Of a stretch of DNA of 64,000 bases, positions 1 through 8,437 are shown piece after piece. The DNA is taken from assembly GCA_964600295.1 (NCBI GenBank), contig CAZRIY010000001.1:169733-233732 (forward strand), in the 5' to 3' direction. A model generated the notes under the pieces. The model had not been told where the DNA came from and ran no database searches. It saw only the letters and a list, made by a program, of their open reading frames with translations. The DNA is from an uncultured Candidatus Saccharibacteria bacterium. GTDB taxonomy: Bacteria > Patescibacteriota > Saccharimonadia > CAZHVB01. The stretch's first letter is position 1, and every line of letters starts with the position of its first letter. The translations under genes were made by a program, and so were the position numbers.

Positions 1-236
1 GTAGCGAATAGTGCTACCACCAAACCAATAATGGCATAAAGGATGGTATCTTTAGCCCGCTTAGCGCGCTCTGGGTTACCGGCAGAAGTAATATATTGAA
101 TCCCCGCAATAATGATAAAAATTACCGCCACCGCACCGACTATTAGAAAGATGGTGCTAAAGATGGAGCCCAAGGCGTTGCTATCGGCTTTGACGTCGGG
201 CAGATCCAAGCCGCCGGCCTTAAAGTCTGGGTTCAT
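1..236 (-). CDS. T4SS pilin-like small membrane protein (VirB2/TrbC-like), partial: the C-terminus lies beyond the window start
   Basis: Reverse-strand translation from the ATG at 234..236 gives MNPDFKAGGLDLPDVKADSNALGSIFSTIFLIVGAVAVIFIIIAGIQYITSAGNPERAKRAKDTILYAIIGLVVALFA... It has two hydrophobic helices separated by the ITSAGNPE motif shared with the next two genes. It starts 3 nt after the stop of the upstream paralog. Not in the ORF track because it is truncated by the window edge. Confidence 0.6.
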   Translation of the reverse strand, partial: MNPDFKAGGLDLPDVKADSNALGSIFSTIFLIVGAVAVIFIIIAGIQYITSAGNPERAKRAKDTILYAIIGLVVALFA

Positions 237-239
237 AAC

Positions 240-614
240 CTAAAATAGCCCCGCAATATAGCCCACTATTAGACTGGCTACAATCGCTATAATCAAACCT
301 ATAACGGCGTTGGTAAGAATGCTTTGGGCTTGTTTGGTGCGGTCTGGATTACCGGAGCTGGTGATGTAAGTTATGCCAGCGTAAATTATTAGAATTACCG
401 CCAGTAGCCCGGCCAAAGCCAGAGCCATGCGTGTTACATTTGCCACTACAGTCCAGATCTGAATTAACTCAAAATGTATAATCTGGCAATCAAATTTGTC
501 GCCGACTTTCTCTGCTTGAAAATGGAGACCCTTACCCCAATGCGGAAAACCGAAGAACACATTTTCCGCGCACTCTTTATTGGCATGATCGGCAAACCAG
601 TTCAACCAATTCAT
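240..614 (-). CDS. T4SS pilin-like small membrane protein (VirB2/TrbC-like), paralog 2
   Basis: The C-terminal 62 aa (MALALAGLLAVILIIYAGITYITSSGNPDRTKQAQSILTNAVIGLIIAIVASLIVGYIAGLF) has the same two-helix hairpin plus (I/Y)ITS(A/S)GNP(E/D) motif as the neighbours. The 60-aa N-terminal extension is non-hydrophobic, so the true start may be the internal Met (about 429). It overlaps the upstream paralog by 4 nt. Confidence 0.55.
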   Translation of the reverse strand: MNWLNWFADHANKECAENVFFGFPHWGKGLHFQAEKVGDKFDCQIIHFELIQIWTVVANVTRMALALAGLLAVILIIYAGITYITSSGNPDRTKQAQSILTNAVIGLIIAIVASLIVGYIAGLF

Positions 615-1009
615 AACAACCCGCCGGGGATTAAGAAATTCAGTATGGCCGCCATAAATATGAATAATAGCAGAGCAATTATGGCGTTGGTTAGCATCTT
701 CTTAGCACCAGCAATAGCTTCGGGATTGCCGGCACTTGTGATGTATCTAATGCCACTAATTACAATCATCAGCACAATTACAATTCCAACTCCGGCGGAT
801 AAGAAACGAATGATACCGCCCAACATATCAAAAATGGGATTAACAATGTCTCCGGCGTCCCCCTTGCAACCCACCGGTATGGCAATCTTTACTTTTTTTG
901 CGCCCTTACCGCATTCTTCTGCGAAGACAAGGGAGGGTATAAAAATCAAACCTGATATTAAAATACTAACAGCTGCTGCAAAGATTTTTGGTTTCGTTAG
1001 CTTTAACAT
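611..1009 (-). CDS. T4SS pilin-like protein (VirB2/TrbC-like) with N-terminal signal peptide, paralog 3
   Basis: Signal peptide MLKLTKPKIFAAAVSILISGLIFIPSLVFA. The mature part has two hydrophobic helices flanking RYITSAGNPEAIAGAKK. This architecture is typical of conjugative pilins. Confidence 0.6.
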   Translation of the reverse strand: MLKLTKPKIFAAAVSILISGLIFIPSLVFAEECGKGAKKVKIAIPVGCKGDAGDIVNPIFDMLGGIIRFLSAGVGIVIVLMIVISGIRYITSAGNPEAIAGAKKMLTNAIIALLLFIFMAAILNFLIPGGLL

Positions 1010-1128
1010 TTCTATCTTTCACTCATGCTTACCCAGATTGTACTAGGGGTAAAACGGTATTACAATATAGAGTGTCGCGCCACATAAAATGTTGATTTTG
1101 TATCAAGATTGTGGTATAAAAGGAGATT

Positions 1129-1842
1129 ATGGCAATGGTTAAAGTAGAAGAACAATTCAGACCTTCACATGTTGAACGAGGGGGTAAAGTTCTAGAGCTA
1201 AAGCGCAGCCCTTCTCGCACTAAACGGTTAATAGCCATTGGATCAATTCCAGTTACACTAGCCGGCGGCATCGTTGGCTATCTTGCAACTCGTGGTGAAG
1301 ATGCACCATCCCGCTCCCGTTCTACTGCTGCGGGCAATTCGCAAGAGCGACCAAGCGTGTATCAGCCTGAAGCAGAATTAATAGACCCCATTGGAGATAC
1401 AACAACAGTTGAACCGGTGATAGTGGATCCGGCGCGCGATGCCATCATTCAGGCTGAACAAGCCAAAGATTCCTTGGTTTCAAACTGGCAGAACATCGTT
1501 AATAGTGACACTTACGAAGAGGCTTTCACCTACGCCGAGCATTTTTTTACAGCCCGCGTCATTAATACAGAGCCGGAATATGTCAGCAGTTTCATAGAAG
1601 ATGCCATGGCATTTGGTGGCACCAACCAACACCGTGAATTCAAGTGGGTAGTTATGCCGGAATTGACAGATTTTAACGGCAACCGTAGTCGAACTCTAGG
1701 TATTCAGGAATACGAGCTTAGGGACGTTGTAGAGCTTCAAGGCGATCTCGTCCAATATACGCTCTGGTTAGATAAGGTAAGTGGTGAATTGCTGATAGAT
1801 GGGCTCGAAAATCTGGAGCAGGGCGTTATAGAATCTTCCTAG
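1129..1842 (+). CDS. Bitopic membrane protein, hypothetical; VirB8/TcpC-like topology
   Basis: 237 aa with a single TM helix (LIAIGSIPVTLAGGIVGYLA) after a ~30-aa cytoplasmic tail, then a ~180-aa extracytoplasmic domain. It is the first gene of the plus-strand T4SS operon, divergent from the pilin genes. The VirB8-like assignment is inference from size and topology only. Confidence 0.35.
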   Translation: MAMVKVEEQFRPSHVERGGKVLELKRSPSRTKRLIAIGSIPVTLAGGIVGYLATRGEDAPSRSRSTAAGNSQERPSVYQPEAELIDPIGDTTTVEPVIVDPARDAIIQAEQAKDSLVSNWQNIVNSDTYEEAFTYAEHFFTARVINTEPEYVSSFIEDAMAFGGTNQHREFKWVVMPELTDFNGNRSRTLGIQEYELRDVVELQGDLVQYTLWLDKVSGELLIDGLENLEQGVIESS

Positions 1843-1914
1843 CTTTAAATAAGTCATTGTAGCAATCGCCACATATAGGGGAAATTCCCTAAAAGCTCAT
1901 GCTAAAATAAGCCC

Positions 1915-4566
1915 ATGCGCTCCCTCTTATGGAAAGGCCTGCTTTCGCTTATACTGATTGCGTCATTGTTGCCATCCGGAGTCTGGGCTCAACCGCCGGG
2001 GGTTGCCATCGGAAAATGGATCGACCGTGCCACCATTGAGGTAACTTCAGGCGAATTAGTTGGCGAGAAGTTTTATGACCCCCTTATAGATACGGTATCG
2101 GTTTTCGTTGAGCACCCTTCCTCTGATGCAGATGACTGCACGAGCTTATTCTTTTTTGGCTATCGACGAAACGACTTTGCGGGGGGGGACTGGGAAATCG
2201 CCGAGTCGCCGACATCTAACGAAAGTGATTACAGTACCGGCGCCGCCTACATCGTTATCAACAAACTCAACCAAGCCGGCACGCAGTGTATCTGGCCTGA
2301 AATCACGGCCGACTTAGCCAATGATACTGATAACGCAGAAGCAAAATTAGACGATCTACCTGAAGGTGAGGTTAAACAGCTTATCGGCCTAACTGACCCT
2401 GACAACAGCCGCATATTTTATTACTACGCTAATGAAAAGCATGATGAGTTAATACGAGTCGATGATTTTGACTACTACGTGCAGGTCGATACCAACGCAG
2501 CCGGAAACAAAGTGTTCGAAAAGACTGATGACGCAGACGAATGCTCCGATAGGATCGAGATAACGGGCAGCGGTGGCCCCACTTACGACGATGCGGAGCA
2601 CAGAATAAGAGTACTGGATGCTACATGCAAGGTAGAAAGTTCGGCTGCAATCCGGATAGGAGAAGACGAGGAGCGTTCCAAGAACCCTGTTGTAGGCCCC
2701 CTAACCAAGGATGATCTAGACAGCCGTAAGCAAAAAGGTGGGCCAGCCGGTGCAACGGATGTAGAGTGCGATGCCGGGCCACTGTCCTGGATTGTTTGTA
2801 CAGTTATTGACGCTATTAAAAGTGCGGCCGACTGGTTTTTGAAGGAAGTTATTACACCCTTCCTTAAGGTTAGTCCGCTGCAAGCAGAAAGCGGCAATAC
2901 CGTTTTTGAGAGTTGGAAAGGCATCCGCAACTTGGCCAATATACTGCTGATACCGGTCTTTTTTGTGCTTATTTTTGCCCAAGCCCTGTCCTTAAACATC
3001 GATGCCTATACTATTAAGAAAATGCTGCCAAAGTTGGTGGCGGCAGTCATTCTAATACAATTTTCCTTCTATGCCGTAGCTTTCTTAGTGGATATCTTCA
3101 ACGTACTGGGCAATGGCATTGGAGATTTGCTAACCAGTGCCGTCAAGGGTGAACAGCTAGGCGGCAGTGGGGGTACACAGTTTAAATTTGGGGAAGGTGA
3201 AAGCGTGGCAGCTGGATTAGCTATTACTTTAGGGCTCTTACTTACTGTGCCGTTTGCCATAGCTATTTTTGGATTCTTGCTAATACTAATGCTGGCCTTG
3301 TTGGCGGTGGTAGTCACCCTTATCTTTAGGCAGGTACTAATTGTCTTTCTGGCAATCTTGGCCCCCGTCGCGTTTGTGGCCTGGGTATTACCCAATACCC
3401 AGGGCTTATTTAAGCTTTGGTGGGATAGCCTTCTGAAAGCGCTGGCAATGTACCCATTGATCGTAATGTTGTTTGCGGCCGCCGTCATTGGATCATCTCT
3501 AATTAGCGGCGGGGCCATCAGTGGTCCTAAGACCGGAGCACTCAGGAACAACTTAGAAACCATTGCCGCAATCATACTCCTAATCATTCCCTTCGCTTTA
3601 ATCCCCCTTACTTTTCGGCTCGGCGGTACTGCCATGGCTGGTATAGCTAGTGGCGTCCAAAATTTTCGTGGGCGTCTGCCTGGTGGAGGTGGCGGCGGGC
3701 GGCGTGGCGGAGGGCCAGGCGGACCAGGTGGCCAACCCCGCCCCGGTACTTTTCGAGATCGTATGCAACAATATCGTAGAGCAACAGCGGCTGGCGTAAA
3801 TAGGACTGGACGAATACCTTTAATAGGCGGTGTGGCTAGAGTAATGTCAAGACAGGGTGTAGGCATAGGTAGGGGGGCAAGGACAGGAGCACAAATGGAA
3901 CTACAAAGACAAGTTGGCGAAAACGTTAAAGAAATCGAAAACCTGAGTCATGATCAGCGAAATTTACTAGCTTTTGGATCTCGGGGGGCAGCACTTGCTG
4001 CAATAGATAGGCAGGAAACCGACAGAACTATGGATGCGGCGCAGGCGGCCAGAGCACGACAAAACGTAGATCAAAATTGGGGATCGGTGAGTGCGCTGGC
4101 CAGAAATCCATCTATGCATCTTGCTGCCTTCTCCAAGCTGGCGGAGGACGGGCTGGCTACACATGAACAATTTGCAAGTGTTAGGGATGTCACGCGGGAC
4201 AACCCACAGGTTAGGGGTGCTGTATTAGGAAAAGCGGCTTTCGATATGTACAGTAAGGGCTCTACTAACTTTCTGCGATGGTCTGATGGTGAAGGTGCAG
4301 CTAATGATACAGTGCAAAGCTTCGTTGGCAGGATGGGGGCACAACAGTTTGCTGAGGCGAAGGATCTTGGAGATCCAGTAATACACGGTGTCCTGATTGA
4401 TAGGGCGCGTCAGAACCCAGAGACTGCTAATGCCCTGCGCCATGCCTTAACGCTAACAGCTTCGCCCAATACTCGTGAAGATATAAGATTGATTCTGGAA
4501 TCGGCCGGGCGCTCGACTGAACCCATCGCCACTGCTACTACTCGTGGTACCCCGGACGAAACTTAA
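1915..4566 (+). CDS. VirB6/TrbL-like (ConG-like) polytopic T4SS membrane protein with large N- and C-terminal extramembrane domains
   Basis: 883 aa. Signal peptide, then a ~300-aa extracellular domain, about 7 TM helices (residues ~330-600) and a Gly/Pro-rich linker (GGGGGRRGGGPGGPGGQPRPG, ~3670-3740). A ~270-aa C-terminal domain follows. Size and topology resemble ConG/TcpH-type VirB6 homologs of Gram-positive conjugation systems. Confidence 0.55.
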   Translation: MRSLLWKGLLSLILIASLLPSGVWAQPPGVAIGKWIDRATIEVTSGELVGEKFYDPLIDTVSVFVEHPSSDADDCTSLFFFGYRRNDFAGGDWEIAESPTSNESDYSTGAAYIVINKLNQAGTQCIWPEITADLANDTDNAEAKLDDLPEGEVKQLIGLTDPDNSRIFYYYANEKHDELIRVDDFDYYVQVDTNAAGNKVFEKTDDADECSDRIEITGSGGPTYDDAEHRIRVLDATCKVESSAAIRIGEDEERSKNPVVGPLTKDDLDSRKQKGGPAGATDVECDAGPLSWIVCTVIDAIKSAADWFLKEVITPFLKVSPLQAESGNTVFESWKGIRNLANILLIPVFFVLIFAQALSLNIDAYTIKKMLPKLVAAVILIQFSFYAVAFLVDIFNVLGNGIGDLLTSAVKGEQLGGSGGTQFKFGEGESVAAGLAITLGLLLTVPFAIAIFGFLLILMLALLAVVVTLIFRQVLIVFLAILAPVAFVAWVLPNTQGLFKLWWDSLLKALAMYPLIVMLFAAAVIGSSLISGGAISGPKTGALRNNLETIAAIILLIIPFALIPLTFRLGGTAMAGIASGVQNFRGRLPGGGGGGRRGGGPGGPGGQPRPGTFRDRMQQYRRATAAGVNRTGRIPLIGGVARVMSRQGVGIGRGARTGAQMELQRQVGENVKEIENLSHDQRNLLAFGSRGAALAAIDRQETDRTMDAAQAARARQNVDQNWGSVSALARNPSMHLAAFSKLAEDGLATHEQFASVRDVTRDNPQVRGAVLGKAAFDMYSKGSTNFLRWSDGEGAANDTVQSFVGRMGAQQFAEAKDLGDPVIHGVLIDRARQNPETANALRHALTLTASPNTREDIRLILESAGRSTEPIATATTRGTPDET

Positions 4567-4574
4567 GAAGAAGT

Positions 4575-5417
4575 TTGATGGCTACCTATAAAATTCCCCA
4601 AAACGTCGAAGCCGAAGATAAACTACTTGGCCCTTTTACCTTTAAGCAGTTCATCTTCCTGCTTATGGCGGCTTTTGCGGCGTTGGTAACCTGGTTGCTG
4701 TGGCGGATTAATCCTTGGGTCAGTTCACTGTCTATACCTTTTATACTGCTTTTCGGATTCTTGGGCATCTACCACCGTGAGGACCAACCGGTAGAGGTCT
4801 ACCTAGTAGCAGCGCTAAATTACTTGTTTAAGCCGAGGCGGCGAAAGTGGAGCCAAGAAGGCTTGGTAGAAACTGTCCGCCTGACCGCGCCCAAAGTTAA
4901 GCTAAGGCCCGAACTTAAAAGGCTCAGTTCCGAGCGGGGACAGCTAAAGACCCTGGCTAACATCATGGACACTCGGGGCTGGGCTATTAAGCGGCCGGAA
5001 CTCACCGAACCGCTGGCCAACCAGTATTTTTCGGCTGATGATCGACTGGCTATGCCTGATCTACCTTCATCTGCCACTGAACCGCTGGAGGTGCATGCCT
5101 ATGATGATCCGCTTGACCCACTTCAGTATGGCGACGCCGATAAGTTTTCTGATCTGGCCCAAACCAGCTCCAAGCAGGCCAAAGCCCAGGCCATAGCCAA
5201 AATGGAGGCTGCTATCAATACCAGACAACCCACAGACGCACCAGCGGCAGTGGTCAATAGCACCGACCAAGTAGAGCGGGTAAGATCTGACACTGCCAAA
5301 AACTTAGCTATGAACGATGTTTTACGGGTCAGCGAGATCGCTAAACAGGCCCAAAAAATTCCCAAGGGCGAGCTACCAAAAGGCATAGAGATAGATCTGC
5401 CAAATCCTGGCGAATAG
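4575..5417 (+). CDS. VirB3/PrgI-like T4SS membrane protein with extended C-terminal domain
   Basis: N-terminus PQNVEAEDKLLGPFTFKQFIFLLMAAFAALVTWLLW plus a second TM (LSIPFILLFGFLGIY). This two-TM hairpin is typical of VirB3/PrgI/TcpE proteins that precede VirB4. Confidence 0.45.
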   Translation: MMATYKIPQNVEAEDKLLGPFTFKQFIFLLMAAFAALVTWLLWRINPWVSSLSIPFILLFGFLGIYHREDQPVEVYLVAALNYLFKPRRRKWSQEGLVETVRLTAPKVKLRPELKRLSSERGQLKTLANIMDTRGWAIKRPELTEPLANQYFSADDRLAMPDLPSSATEPLEVHAYDDPLDPLQYGDADKFSDLAQTSSKQAKAQAIAKMEAAINTRQPTDAPAAVVNSTDQVERVRSDTAKNLAMNDVLRVSEIAKQAQKIPKGELPKGIEIDLPNPGE

Positions 5418-5485
5418 AGCAAATCTACCGCTTATTGACATAAGCGGTATCTGTTATACTTGGGGCAGATTTAGAAGGATAATTA

Positions 5486-6403
5486 ATGGCGCTTCAAGAA
5501 AAACAGCCCCAACAGTCTAATCCTGTACCCACTGCGGCCGGTGGACTCCTCCCCGTCCAGCCAACCTCGGTTAATCAAACTAACCCGGCGGTATCCCCGC
5601 CAATTCAGCCCAACCCCGCACCGCAAGCCAGCCCTAGCCTGGCTGAACCAACCAAGCTGCCGAAAGCCAAAAAAACCAAGACCAAAGGGGTTTCGACCCA
5701 AGGCGCCTTGTTGATTTCGGAGATTCGCGACGGCCTGGTGATCATGAAGGATGGCAGCTTGCGAGCGGTAGTAATGTGCCAGTCAATCAATTTTGACCTG
5801 ATGAGTCCGGCCGAACGCGAGGCCGTGGAGTTTACTTACCAAGGTTTTTTGAACGCACTTTATTTCCCGATTCAAATCTTCATCCGCTCCCAGCGGGTGG
5901 ACCTCAACAGCTACATTGACAAGCTGGAAGCAATTCATACCGGTCAAGAGAACATTCTACTATCGCTGTTGATGGAGGATTACATTGCCTATGTACGCTA
6001 CTTAGTGGAGGCTGCTAATGTTATGGACAAGCAGTTTTATGTGGTAGTACCCTACTATCCGCCGCTGACCTTACAGAAAGGGGGAATTTCCACGGGTATC
6101 CACCGGTTTACTTCCTTCTTGCGCCCCAAAACCGGCCCGATTGTGATCAACCAGGCTGATTACGCCCGTTTCAAAGCCGAGCTGACCCAGCGGGTACAGG
6201 CGGTTTTATCGGGATTGAATCAAATGGGTACCCAGGCCGTGCCCCTAAATACTCAGGAACTGATCGAGCTTTACTACACAGTCTATAATCCCCAGACGGC
6301 ACTGAGTCAACGCTTGACCGATGTTGATGATTTGGAAGCACAGATGGTGGAAAAAGGTCAGGGGCAGGCACCGCCGGTTTTGCACGGAGATAGTCAACTA
6401 TGA
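5486..6403 (+). CDS. VirB4/TrbE-family T4SS ATPase, N-terminal segment (ends at the in-frame TGA 6401..6403)
   Basis: After a Pro-rich low-complexity N-terminus comes DGLVIMKDGSLRAVVMCQSINFDLMSPAEREAVEFTYQGFLNALYFPIQIFIRSQRVD, resembling the CagE/TrbE/VirB4 N-terminal domain. It is in the same frame as the next ORF, separated only by TGA. Confidence 0.6.
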   Translation: MALQEKQPQQSNPVPTAAGGLLPVQPTSVNQTNPAVSPPIQPNPAPQASPSLAEPTKLPKAKKTKTKGVSTQGALLISEIRDGLVIMKDGSLRAVVMCQSINFDLMSPAEREAVEFTYQGFLNALYFPIQIFIRSQRVDLNSYIDKLEAIHTGQENILLSLLMEDYIAYVRYLVEAANVMDKQFYVVVPYYPPLTLQKGGISTGIHRFTSFLRPKTGPIVINQADYARFKAELTQRVQAVLSGLNQMGTQAVPLNTQELIELYYTVYNPQTALSQRLTDVDDLEAQMVEKGQGQAPPVLHGDSQL

Positions 6404-6406
6404 GGG

Positions 6407-8422
6407 GTGGGGATGGCCTTACTGGGTAGATTCAAGAAGACCGCTGAAGTCGGGCTGGCCGAGCAACAGCGGCTGCGCGAAGCCGCCCAGGTTGAGCAAG
6501 AGTTTCGCGAAGGCATCACAACCTTGCGCGATTTTATCGCGCCTTCCTCGATTGAATTCAATTCCGATTACTTCCGCTTGGGAAACCGCTACGCTGCCAC
6601 TTTCTATGTCTACGGCTACCCTCGGCAGCTTTATACTGGCTGGTTATCTCCGATTATCAACGTTGATGAAACTATCGACCTGAGCATTTTCATTTACCCG
6701 GTAGAAAGCCGAGTGGTGCTAGAGAATTTGCGCAAAAAAGTTGGCCAGATGGAAGCCAGCATTTCCATCCTCCAAGAAAAAGGCCGGGTACGCGATCCTG
6801 GGCTAGATGCTTCAATTACCGATGCCGAGGAGCTGCGCGATAAACTCCAAGTTGGGGAAGAGCGCTTCTTTCGCTTTGGACTTTACCTAACGTTATATGC
6901 CGATACTCGCGAAGAGCTTCAAGCCGCCCAGCGCAAAATTGAGGGGATCTTTGGTCAAGAACTTGTCTATACCAAGATTGCCACCTTGCAGCTAGAACAA
7001 GGTTTTAACTCGACCGTGCCCCAAGGTATGGACCAGCTAGAAATCCGCCGCAATTTCAGTACGGGGGCGTTATCCACTAGCTTTCCTTTCACTTCGGCCG
7101 ACCTATCCCAAGAGAACGGCATTCTTTATGGCATCAACATGCACAACAATGGCTTGGTGATTTTCGATCGCTTTAGTTTGGAAAACGCCAACATGGTGGT
7201 GTTTGCCAAATCGGGTGCTGGTAAATCTTTTACGGTTAAGCTTGAGGCTTTGCGCTCACTAATGATGGGCACCCAAGTTATCGTCATAGATCCGGAGAAC
7301 GAATATCAGCGACTGTGCGAAGCTGTCGGGGGCAGCTATGTTCGGCTGAGCCTAAACTCCAAAACCTACATCAACCCCTTTGAACTGCCCCATGTACTGG
7401 ACGAGGAAGAAGCTGATAACGCCTTGCGGGCCAACTTAATTACCCTACACGGTTTATTGCGGTTGATGCTGGGGGCCCAGCAAGCCGGCGCCGCCTCCCA
7501 AATTTACGTTGGCCTTACACCCGAGGAAGAAGCTGATCTAGATCTGGCTTTAATCAATACTTACGGCCAAAAGGGCATTACCAATGATGCTTTGACGCAT
7601 GGTGCCACGCCACCGACCATCAAGGATCTTTACGAAACCCTGGTTAGCATGGAGGGCAATGGTCCTTCCCTGGCCCAACGGCTACGCAAGTTTACTACCG
7701 GCACTTTTTCTGGCATTTTTTCCAACCAATCCAGCGTTAGCTTAGACAATAACTTTATTGTTTTTAATATCCGCGATTTGGAAGAAGAACTGCGGCCGGT
7801 GGCTATGTACATTATTCTCAACCACGTTTGGAACCGAGTGAAGAGCGAAATGCGCCGACGTTACCTGATTGTCGATGAAGGCTGGCAGTTGATGCGTTAT
7901 GAGGATTCAGCCAACTTTTTGTTCTCAGTGGCCAAGCGAGCCCGCAAGTACGAACTGGGGTTAACCACAATTTCTCAGGACGTAGAAGATTTTCTGTCCT
8001 CGCGGATGGGACGGGCGATTGTGGCCAATTCCAGCTTGCAGATGTTGCTCAAGCAAGCGCCCTCGGCCGTCGATTTGGTGGCAGACACCTTTAAGTTAAC
8101 CAGCGAGGAAAAAAAGCGGCTATCCCAATTTCCGGTTGGACAGGGTCTATTTTTTGCCGGCTCCAACCATATCCATATGCGGATTGACGCCTCGCCCACT
8201 GAGACCCAGCTGATTACTACTGATCCCAAACAGTTGCGGGTGCTTCAAGCCATGGCCGAAAGTGGCAACACTGCTGCCGCTGCCACCTCATTGACTACTG
8301 AGCCCGTCGACCAAGAATCATCGACCGAGCCATCACGGGTTACCCCACCCGCATCATCGCAAATTGCGTCCCCGGGATCAGCTACTGATAAATTAATGCC
8401 CACCCAAACCCCAGAGGTTTAG
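6407..8422 (+). CDS. VirB4/TrbE-family T4SS ATPase, C-terminal segment containing the ATPase domain
   Basis: Walker A VVFAKSGAGKSFTVK; Walker B RRRYLIVDEGWQLM; motifs YGYPRQLYTGWLSPII and LTTISQDVEDF are typical of VirB4. The track start GTG 6407 is in frame with the upstream ORF. ATG 6413 has a GAGGGGTGGGG Shine-Dalgarno-like run 7 nt upstream. Confidence 0.8.
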   Translation: MGMALLGRFKKTAEVGLAEQQRLREAAQVEQEFREGITTLRDFIAPSSIEFNSDYFRLGNRYAATFYVYGYPRQLYTGWLSPIINVDETIDLSIFIYPVESRVVLENLRKKVGQMEASISILQEKGRVRDPGLDASITDAEELRDKLQVGEERFFRFGLYLTLYADTREELQAAQRKIEGIFGQELVYTKIATLQLEQGFNSTVPQGMDQLEIRRNFSTGALSTSFPFTSADLSQENGILYGINMHNNGLVIFDRFSLENANMVVFAKSGAGKSFTVKLEALRSLMMGTQVIVIDPENEYQRLCEAVGGSYVRLSLNSKTYINPFELPHVLDEEEADNALRANLITLHGLLRLMLGAQQAGAASQIYVGLTPEEEADLDLALINTYGQKGITNDALTHGATPPTIKDLYETLVSMEGNGPSLAQRLRKFTTGTFSGIFSNQSSVSLDNNFIVFNIRDLEEELRPVAMYIILNHVWNRVKSEMRRRYLIVDEGWQLMRYEDSANFLFSVAKRARKYELGLTTISQDVEDFLSSRMGRAIVANSSLQMLLKQAPSAVDLVADTFKLTSEEKKRLSQFPVGQGLFFAGSNHIHMRIDASPTETQLITTDPKQLRVLQAMAESGNTAAAATSLTTEPVDQESSTEPSRVTPPASSQIASPGSATDKLMPTQTPEV

Positions 8423-8437
8423 CCTCCCAGCATCAAA

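Noticed and set aside
474-1046. 190-aa plus-strand ORF overlapping the pilin genes
   Set aside because: It is entirely antisense to two well-supported pilin-like genes. Its translation is a hydrophobic mirror image with no motif, so it is judged spurious.
3069-3866. 265-aa minus-strand Pro-rich ORF
   Set aside because: It is the antisense shadow of the Gly/Pro-rich linker and TM region of the VirB6-like gene, with low-complexity PPGPP runs and no independent support.
6401-6403. Alternative genetic code (UGA=Gly/Trp, code 25/4) as the explanation for the in-frame TGA in virB4
   Set aside because: TGA terminates rnpA (19146..19148) and yidC (20071..20073) at positions consistent with normal protein lengths. 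Gene lengths across the window are normal under code 11.
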